Shown here: positions 12,430 to 21,610 of the stretch, in pieces
How positions within the stretch are numbered: position 1 is the stretch's first letter
How the letters are laid out: every line of letters starts with the position of its first letter
Assembly: GCF_040938485.1 (NCBI RefSeq)
Contig: NW_027271821.1
Location: 186,001-250,000 of the forward strand
Reading direction: 5' to 3'
DNA: 64,000 bases
Source: Diadema antillarum
Lineage: Eukaryota
Program-made: the position numbers and the translations under genes
The notes under the pieces: generated by a model
Database searches by the model: none
The model's input: only the letters and a program-made list of their open reading frames with translations
Told to the model about the DNA's origin: nothing

Positions 12430-13200
12430 GAGACAATGGCGCGATATCCATGAGTGACTGTCTAACCAGTATAAGAAGACGGACACCAGGGTCGTGCTTT
12501 ACCTCAAGTGCGCTGCTAAACTTAGGTACAAGGTAGCTTTGGTGAGGGATCCAGACACACATTTCCTTGATCCCCTTGGTCCTTGCTTAATCCATTCTAC
12601 AATGTAGTATCTTTCTTAATAAACGGACTGTCACGTATTGCCAGGTTGTCAATGTCAATTAACTTGCATTTATATAGAATCAACGGGAGCTCATATACTG
12701 TATACCAAAATACCTGGACTACCGGGGAAGATGTAACAATTAAAGTGCCTTAATGGGTTGGGAAAAGTTGGACCCCTAAAGAATCAACAAAAGCCACCCC
12801 ATATACCACATAGCATTCAGGTGAGAGTTGTTTGATTTCGTGATTTCAGAAGTATTTTACTGAAATCTAATAAGTTGCTCAGTATTATATCATAATAAAC
12901 ACTACTAAAATATTAGAATATGACTATACAATATGCCAAGTTGAGTGTTTTTTCCTCACAAATCTTGGTGATGGGTGGTCTGTGGAGCCAGAGGTGACAG
13001 ATGACATGGAAGCATTCACATGCCTAAAATGTATAGCGAGGTCCGGGAGAAGTCTATCATAATGGCGTTCGCAGCATCATGCTGAAACAGATGGTGGGAG
13101 AGGGCGAGCAACTGATGACCAAATCCAAGGTGGATTTCTCCTTGCTCCCACCTGGCAGAGGCAACCTTATCTCACACTTTCAATGTGTGATTTACTGACT
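12430..13200 (+). pseudogene. Second decayed copy of the same XPG-like segment in the opposite orientation (right copy)
   Basis: The plus strand reads TDTRVVLYLKCAAKLRYKVALVRDPDT, with DNA matching the TGEDVT, GKVGPLK and GDGWSVEP segments of the left copy and an intron remnant at the same position (cattcag|gtgaga); about 70-75% identical to the left copy by eye. Confidence 0.65.
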
Positions 13201-16190
13201 TTCCTCTCAAATAAAAAATGGCCGCCAATGACTCCCCCCCCCCCCCGACACGATTATTACTTGGAAACAAAAAAAAAATCATCATCTAATAGACACCTTG
13301 AAGGGATACAAAAATTTAGGGTGCATGAGGATCCCCCATTCCTAGACTTTAGTGGTTAGTCAATCATATGAGGTATATAATTGTCATGTATGTATATGGA
13401 CTATTTGGGCAGAGCAAACAACACTGTTTTTTTATTCGCATGTTTGCATTTTTCATGTATCATAATTGTTTTAATCATGTAAATAACAATGTCAATCGAT
13501 TCCTCATGCCAAATTTACCCTGGAGAAATTATTTATTTGTCCTTGTATGTTGGAAACTTCAAAAGTTATAGAAATTAATGATTTTCCTCGCAAATCCAAG
13601 ATGGCTGCCAATGACCCCCCCCCCCATGTGACACGATTTTCACTTGGAGACAAAAAGAATCAAATAGACACCCTAAGGGATACAAAAAGGAGGGTGCATG
13701 GGACCCCCCACCCCCCATTCCTACCAGACTGTTAAGAAAAAGAGGTTAGTTTACTCTTAGGAGATATGAGATTGTCATGTATGTATGTATATAGACTACT
13801 TGGGAATATTTCTAGAGTAAACGACACTGGTTTTCCTCCCATGTTTGGACTTTTCTTGTATGTAACTTGCTTTAATCATGTAAATAACTCTCTCAAACGA
13901 TTCCTCATGCCATATTAACTCTGAATTACTGTTTTATTTGTCCCTGTATGTTGTGTAATTCAAAAGTTAAACTATTTAGGTATTTTTCGGTGAAAATGAC
14001 ACCGAAATTTGCATATTCTTAGGCTTTTCTTGTTTCAGACTTGCTTTAATCACGTAAATAACCATTGCAATCGATTCCTCGTGTCACGTTTACCCTGAAG
14101 AAATGCTTTATTTATAATTTTATGCTGTGTAGTTCAAAAGTTATGGAAGATAATGATTTTCCCTGAAAATCCAAGATGGCTGCCAAGATGGCCGCCAATG
14201 ACCCCCATGGGACACGATTTTTTCTTGGGAACAAAAAAAAAAATCATTAACTAGACACCCTAAGGGTTACAAAAAAGTAAGTTAAAAAAATGTGTTCGGG
14301 GGGTGCATGGGGACCCCCCATTCCTACCAGACTATAAGAGTAAGAGAGAGTGTGTAGACGACTTTGAACGAGATGCCAAGGAGTTCATCGAACTGATGAT
14401 GTACCGATTCTACCAGGGAGGTTCGGATGAAGAGATCACCCTACACGACAGTCGTCAAGCTTTCAAACGGTACGTCCACCATAGATTTTCATACTTGAAA
14501 ATCATTATCGAAGTTAGTTTAAAGGCTTGAAATGTTGATGTTCTCTAATTAAGGCTCCAGAGTGTCTGTTATGAAGAGCAGGGGCGCAAAAGCGCTTTGA
14601 ATGAGTAAAGGGCGGCATTAATCGATATTTGATGGCAACCGAGAAGTGGAACGGATTGATAAGCATTGTCGTCTGTTGTAGATGTTCAGCAAACTTTCGA
14701 TCCATAGAGTACTGAGTGTTTTCTGCTGATGAAAGAACTCCATAGGCTTTGCAGAATGTTACAGAGAGAGAAGAGGGCATAGATTCCATGGGACCTGGGC
14801 GTGACTATACGACACTTCAGTGTTATTATAACAAGGAGTTACCATAGCGAGCGTGCTGTCTTGTATTATAGTTACTCCTTAGCTTATACTTCGATAGTAA
14901 CCTTCCGTGGTCTCACCAACGAGCTTAATTGGTCTCACAGAAGGTTTGTGTGTTTGCAATGCGACTGCGCTGCCAGCATTAACACTTTTTTTTATGTAAG
15001 CATGTATTTTGTGCTCAGACACAAAACTGTATTGCTTGGATCGTGAGGGTGTTGATACCGTACAGCTATCTCAAGGCGGATGTCAGAGTTCCTCTGTGAT
15101 GGGTCAGCTAATTTGTCCCCTTGGAAAGGGACCGCACCTCTATTCAAACAAAATGGAGCTATCGCTGCCATAGTGGTTTGGAAAAAAAGTCTCTAATAAA
15201 AGCTATTCTGATTTTTTTTAAAGACTCTATAGTTTCCTACAATAAAAAGTTAAATACCATGATGACAAGATGGCCACTGTCAAGAAATTGCCGAGACTTC
15301 GTGAGAATCAAATTTTTCTTTGTGACTGAACAAGAATTGTTCCAAGTGATTTCCAATATTTTGGTATAGTGTAGGCCCTAGAAGTAAACTGTTCAAAGTT
15401 TAATCAAATGACCAAGAATATAGCTTCCAGACAATTTCTAACTGTTCCGACACAAAGATACTTTATGAAGGATCGAGTCACGCTTTTGTAAACAATTTAG
15501 TTAAAACTTTGGGACTCTGCGTGTGGTGCTTTCCTTTGTTCAAGTATCTGACACTTCGCCTATTCTTATGATTTATTCATAATTACCGAGTAGATGTCAC
15601 TCTTAATCGTCATTATGAACATGTAACTTCTATAGAGACATATAAAAAAAAAAAAAAACATTGGTTTCCAGCACATAGCCCATGTACCTTCAGTAGTTTA
15701 AGGGTGTTGCATTTCTTTCTTTTTTTTCATCGTTTTTTTAGAGGCGACAAGGAGTATGGAAAAAGGAAACGCCTGCTCAGCGATGCATCGGTGTTTTATG
15801 ACAGATGTTACATTTAATGTATCAATGTTACACCTGTCACACTCTTCTTCCCGTTTAGTGGAAGTCTTGCTTCTTTTCTTGCTCCAAAACCCCGCCATGT
15901 TTAACTGCTGACGAATGCACAGGTCTACCCATTTCTTCACATGTTGTTGTTCGCGCATTCATTTTGCAAATCGATTTCACACTTCAGATATCGCTTCCGA
16001 CCTATGATTCTTCGCGACGTCTCGAACAGAGATATTTCGACCACGATACTGGGTCACCGAATCGCCTTTCCTTGTTGCATCTCGCCCTCGGCTTTCCATA
16101 AGGGTGCGCATCCTGATGGGGAGTTGACCACTGCGATGGGTAAGAATAATAATATGATGTATGAAGTATTATTATATCCCTACGTATATG

Positions 16191-16254
<64 letters not shown>

Positions 16255-16310
16255 TATATGTATATAATATATATATGTTGATAAGGTAGTCCACGTGTTG
16301 GCAAGATAAA

Positions 16311-16524
16311 AAGATAAGTAACAAGGCTGCAACAAAGTTCATGCTGTATTCACCAACGGTTTATTTCTTCACACAAATTTTCGAGCGTCTCGCCGCCCTT
16401 TCTCAAGTGTTGATACTCAAGTATCAACACTTGAGAAAGGGCGGCGAGACGCTCGAAAATTTGTGTGAAGAAATAAACCGTTGGTGAATACAGCATGAAC
16501 TTTGTTGCAGCTTTGTTACTTATC

Positions 16525-16526
<2 letters not shown>
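16311..16526. repeat. Near-perfect palindrome (107-bp arms, 2-nt loop) within a (TA)n-rich tract, HAO-A intron 2; probable hairpin MITE
   Basis: 16311-16417 is the reverse complement of 16420-16526 with one mismatch seen; (TA)n tracts at about 16190-16276 and 16528-16566. Confidence 0.9.
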
Positions 16527-16571
<45 letters not shown>

Positions 16572-16576
16572 GTATA

Positions 16577-16665
16577 TATATATGAAGAGCTTGCTTCCAA
16601 AAGGCGCTAAATCCATCATTTTTCAATGGATTTAGCGCCTTTTGGAAGCAAGCTCTTCATATATA
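16577..16665. repeat. Second palindrome (40-bp arms, 9-nt loop) embedded in TA repeats
   Basis: tatatatgaagagcttgcttccaaaaggcgctaaatccat / catttttca / exact reverse complement. Confidence 0.9.
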
Positions 16666-19039
16666 ATAGACATCATCGACGGTGGTCTTCTTCTCACACG
16701 CAGCTACGAGAAATAGAGGCAGGCAGAGGAGTGAACGTTGGACCGTGTCTCACTGATAATAAGAATCATCTGTGTGCCCTGTCTAAAGGAATATTCATTC
16801 ATATATGCGATTCCACATCAAGCTGGTTTTGACTTTGATGAAAATGAGTAAATTAGAGTCGTCAAAATTAGTGGCAAGTTTGCAATAAGAAAAAAGATTA
16901 ATCACCTTTGGGTTTTTATTTTGTTTTGTTTTTGTTTTTGTTTTTTGTGAATCCAGGGCAGATTTGTATAAGTGAAGGCATGGCTTTCCTCATTTCCTCC
17001 GGTACTGAGCAGGCCTATACATAACATTTCTCAACTGTCAACCAGTGCGAACTAAACAAGATAGTCAAAATTGGGCTTCTACAACGAGCCACTGTTGCCT
17101 GTCAATGAATCCCTTTTTCTGTTAAACTACCCCCGACGCTCATCACAGTTTGACCCCGGAACCATGACCTAATCTAACACTGTTTTATAAACACATGGTA
17201 TTTCTTTTGCTTGACCAAAGCGGCTGCATCCCGGAACGTAGGGATGTCACTGAGCTGTGGATCCAATGTCCTGATTGAAGATATCGCCAAGGCTGCCCCC
17301 AACGGACTGAAAATGATGCAGATGTACATCTACAAAAACAGAAAAATTTCAGAGTTATTCGTAAGGCGAGCGGAGAAAGCCGACTTTAATGGTATAGTAC
17401 CAATATTACGTACGAAACGCTGTTTACTGGGATTGCTGGTGTACTTTTGATGGCTCATCCTACAGAAATATACGTGACAAATCAATCAAATCAATCAAAT
17501 CAATCAAATAATCAGCTGATGTAGATAAATGTGCTCCTTTAAGTTGGGTGTACTGAATTTTACCCCGGGAGCTTGGTGCATGTGTCTGTTAATTTGGATT
17601 AACCGTTATGTGAGTATAGTCAGCTATTTTATTTCTTTTTTTGTATCGCTATCTTTGAATTTAACCAAGTACGAAAAGTCCCTAATTTACCCTTTTTGTA
17701 TGTATTCTATCTGCTACAACTACTTACGTCACTCTGATGCACAACATGAGAAGAGGAATAGCTTGCTTTCATTACAATATTCGCGAAGTGATGAACAGAT
17801 TGTATGTTACCGGGTTCTGAATGGAATTTCTTCTTCGGTCAAGTATCAGGCGTTTCAGTACTATCTTGATTTCTTTTTGCATGAATACCTGTTTTAGCCA
17901 TGTTAGTGATTGTTGACTTCGCTGTATACGGAAAGAGAAGGGGAGAACGGGATGACAACTTTTATCAGACGACCAGAGAGAATCCAGCTTACGCACATCT
18001 TGAGTAAGAATTGTATAATATCAATTCATATTTTATTAACAAAAGTGTGACGTAGACGCTATGATGTTGTTGGAAATGTCCTCGATTGTTTGTTTTTGTC
18101 AGTAATCTCTCCACATAGCGAATTCTCCATTAGTGCGTAAAATATATAGTTTAGATGCACTTCAAATATTTGGAATAATGCAGTCAAACTGACTTTTTAC
18201 ATTCTCCCCATACGAGGGACTATTCTAGTAGTTGATTTTTTTTGTTCACTCATCTTGTGGTCTAAGATTCATCTGTGAGTATTATTCCTGCCATAAAACG
18301 GATGACTCTTAGGCACGTAATGCAATTACTAACCAGCTACGAGGAATGTCAAACAAAGACAAAAAGAACGAAAAAGAAACAAAATAGATCAAAGATCTGT
18401 GAAAAAAAAATCACTATAGATCACTACCAATAACAAACAAAACCACCATTGAATACACCTCTCATTTATTCTATACAGGGAAAAAAAGTCACCTTTGCAT
18501 AGACAGCAAATGCTGTGAAAGTATCCAAGTTTGGTATTGTTTGGCCGTTGATTTTTCCATATTATATAGGTCCACATAAGCTGCCCTACCGGAGGAGATA
18601 AAGAAAAATGCGACTTTTCAATCAAATGACAATAAAGCTGATCTTTTTTTTCCCTGAAAAAAGGTCAAAAAGTACAATTTCGGTGCAGACCGACATTTTC
18701 TACTTGTACGCGTCAACGCTAAACCGTTTCTCTTTTTAATCCTTCATTGATTGAAGCCAATATTGCTGGTATAGTGTAATTTTCTTCGTAGATGCGTGAA
18801 CATGAACATGATGGGGGAAGAAGCGCGGAGAGAAAAAGCCGCTGGAGACACGCTGCTTTGGGTCTACAACGACCAAGCCGACTGCTCTGCGACCTGGGAG
18901 GACATCAAGTGGGTCAAACGCATCTCATCCATACCAGTGGTGGTCAAAGGTGTTCTCACAGGTATTAAAGACTATGGAATCTGTCAAACTTCCAACTTAG
19001 CGAGAGATTCCGCTGCATTTATCTGCTTTCATTTCGTTT

Positions 19040-19640
19040 CGGTTCTGTATGTCTGTTCGTCTATCTGTCTACCTGTCTGTCTATCTGTCTGTCTACAAGA
19101 TAACTCGAGAACGGAAGACCGGATTTTCACCAAGCTTAATATAGTAAGAGAGAAACTTTAAATTTTGGCTGGTGACGTCAAAAGTCAGAGGTCAAAGGAT
19201 CATAAAATAAAATGTCAAAAAAAAAACAGCTTTATATCTTAATAACTCAAGAACAGACAATTTGATTTTTACCAAACTTACAAACTGTGGTCATAATAAG
19301 TAAAACATAATCGCTATTTTTATTATGGGCTCAAGAACAAACAATTTGACATTTACCAAACTTACAGACTGTGGTCATAATAAGTAAATCATAATCGCTA
19401 TTTATTATGGGGTCATGGTCAAAGGTCATAGGGGTCATGAAAGACATGAAATGAACTTAATCTCCCAATGATTCAAGAACGAGTGATCGGATTATCTCCA
19501 TGCTTGCAGGATGTTTCATAATGAAGTAAGAAAGGGGAATTTGGGGTCATGAGGTCTAAGGTCAAAGGTCATGAAGTCATAGAGGACATAAAATAAGTTT
19601 AATATCTCAATGACTCAGCAATAAACGATTTGATTTTCAC
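19040..19640 (+). mobile_element. Interspersed repeat with a (CTGT)n microsatellite and degenerate internal tandem units (DINE-1/Helentron-associated-like), HAO-A intron 5
   Basis: (ctgt)n at about 19055-19095, followed by about five variants of ataactcaagaac...gattttcaccaaactt and gtcaaaggtca motifs; the family assignment is by architecture only. Confidence 0.45.
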
Positions 19641-21189
19641 CAAATGTATTGTACAGATGTCCGAACCTCTGTGTTTGTGTTGAAGATACTGCCAACGAAA
19701 TGGCGATATTTTATTCCGCCGTCCCTGGTAATATTTGCCATTATCGTTATACTAGTATTGTTTCTCCGACACAATTGTTTTCAATCATTTTTTTTTCTGC
19801 AACAGGCGAGATGGCACGCGAGGCTGCGGCGGCCGGGGTAGACGGGATCTTGGTCTCGGCTCACGGCGGCAGGCAGCTGGACTCAGCCATAGGCCCAGTT
19901 AGTTTTCAAATCCAACTTGACTTTTAAACTCAACTTCTAAGAAATTACACTTTTTTTTCGGTTGATTTTTTTTTCTCGAGTAGGCCTATGCAAGACATTA
20001 CGGAAGGCCTATTTGTAGCATATGAAAATGACGATGTGGCTGTTTTATTGATACTGTACTTCAGTTTATTGATCGTTTTGTTGCAGTCATTCGGTGGGAA
20101 GACATTGGACATTTGACAACTTGTTAAGAGCTGTTCTCATGTTAATCATACTTGCACTTAATCACGCGTATCTCTAATTATACTCCTCATAAGTAGCTGT
20201 TTACATTTTTATCATTAGGCAGTAGTCGTGTAGGTTAAATATCCAGTCATATTCTCAGATAGAAAAAGTAACAAACAAGTAATGATGATTGTAATTTTCA
20301 ATAAGAAGAAAATGTCAATGAATGGTTCTTATCATCATTATCAACCTCTTTGTATGTCATGACTATCTATAACATTATCAATAATGGATGTCGTTTGTCA
20401 GAAGTTATATAACTCTGTTTTATCGTCTTTCTGTACCAGCTTGATGCTCCCCCTGAAGTAGTTGAAGCTGTACGTGGTACCAATGTAGAAGTTTACGTTG
20501 ATGGAGGCGTGCGTACTGGGGCGGACATACTCAAGGCACTCGCCCTGGGAGCCCGGGCCGCCTTCATCGGCAGACCGGCGATATGGGGCCTTGGATGTGG
20601 GGTATGCATATTTCACTTGCCTACGGAGTGTAGAACAGGCTCTTTATTCTTTTGTATTAAAATCCAATGTATTACTCTCTCCTAGGACCTGGTAATGAAT
20701 TGTATGTTCAACTTCTCATACTATTATAGTTCTGTACTATATAATATGCACTGTCGTCCCTGTAAACCAAAGATTACATTGATGTGAACAAGGTACATCC
20801 GTTCCCTGGACAATCATCAATTCTGATGTATCAAAATCAATATATGTCACTTAAGTGTCTTGTCATGCTGCTGTAATTTTTGTGGTTGTGATTTCATTTT
20901 GTGTTTATTTCCGAAATCTATCCTCCCTCACAGGGTGAAGATGGCGTGAAAGAAGTCCTAGACATTTTAAAGGATGAATTCGACAGAGCAATGGCATTAA
21001 CAGGCTGGTACGCAATCGCCTATCTTTATGTTTACTTTTATATTCCATGAGGCAATAAACACAAATTTGTTTCCGATGCAAAGCATGTTGGAGTACATTG
21101 CATGCAGGCATGCCGCTTTCGATCCTTTTTGTCTCGCCCACCGGAGGTGAAGGCGAGACTAAGGGATCCAAATGGCGTCCGTCCGTCGT

Positions 21190-21610
21190 CATGTTATGGG
21201 GTTGTTGGAGGTCATGTGATGATGTCAAAAGTCATTTGAGGTCATATATTAAAGAGTATGTGCAAGGCTCTCTTTTCTATGTTAAAGTTTACCTGCAAGA
21301 CTCTCTTTTGACAAATAACTTCACATAAGTTGCTTGGATTACAACCTAACTTGGGGCGTAGATGCACTGGGAGTACCTTCATGTTATGGTGCCGTTGGAG
21401 GTCACAGGATAAGGTCAAAGGTCATTTGAGGTCATACGTTAAAGTTTACTTGCAAGACTCTCTTATCACACGTAACTCGACACATGTTGCTACAATGGCA
21501 ATCAAACTTGGGTGGTGGATGCACTGGTTGCACCTTCATGTTATGGTGCCGTAAGAGGTCACATGATAAGGTCAAAGGTCATTTGAGGTCATACGTTAAA
21601 GTTTACTTGC
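21190..21610 (+). repeat. Tandem repeat of about 157-bp units rich in AGGTCA, HAO-A intron 8
   Basis: aggtcaaaggtcatttgaggtca at 21412 and 21569 (157 bp apart), with a degenerate unit near 21223. Confidence 0.75.

Larger units (their letters stand above)
9047..14334. mobile_element. Non-autonomous Academ (XPG-type) DNA transposon derivative, 5288 bp, with about 0.9-kb modular TIRs
   Basis: Termini TAGTCTGGTAGG...CCTACCAGACTA; flanks TAA/TAA; the outer ~610 bp of the arms are about 96-97% identical by eye; the interior carries decayed XPG/FEN1-like motifs (VRTPDTDIF, TGEDVTSAF, GKVGPLK). TAG/CTA termini, a 3-4 bp TSD and an XPG domain are the recalled hallmarks of the Academ superfamily. Confidence 0.8.

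Noticed and set aside
9648-13731. Inner CAG...CTG termini flanked by TTAA read as a separate nested insertion
   Set aside because: The whole 600 bp outside each inner terminus is itself inverted-symmetric, so the TTAA belongs to the TIR module and is not a target duplication
14303-14530. ORF MHGDPPFLPDYKSKRECVDD as an independent gene start
   Set aside because: It starts at a GTG inside the transposon TIR and reads into the 3' part of HAO-A exon 1; there is no in-frame ATG there
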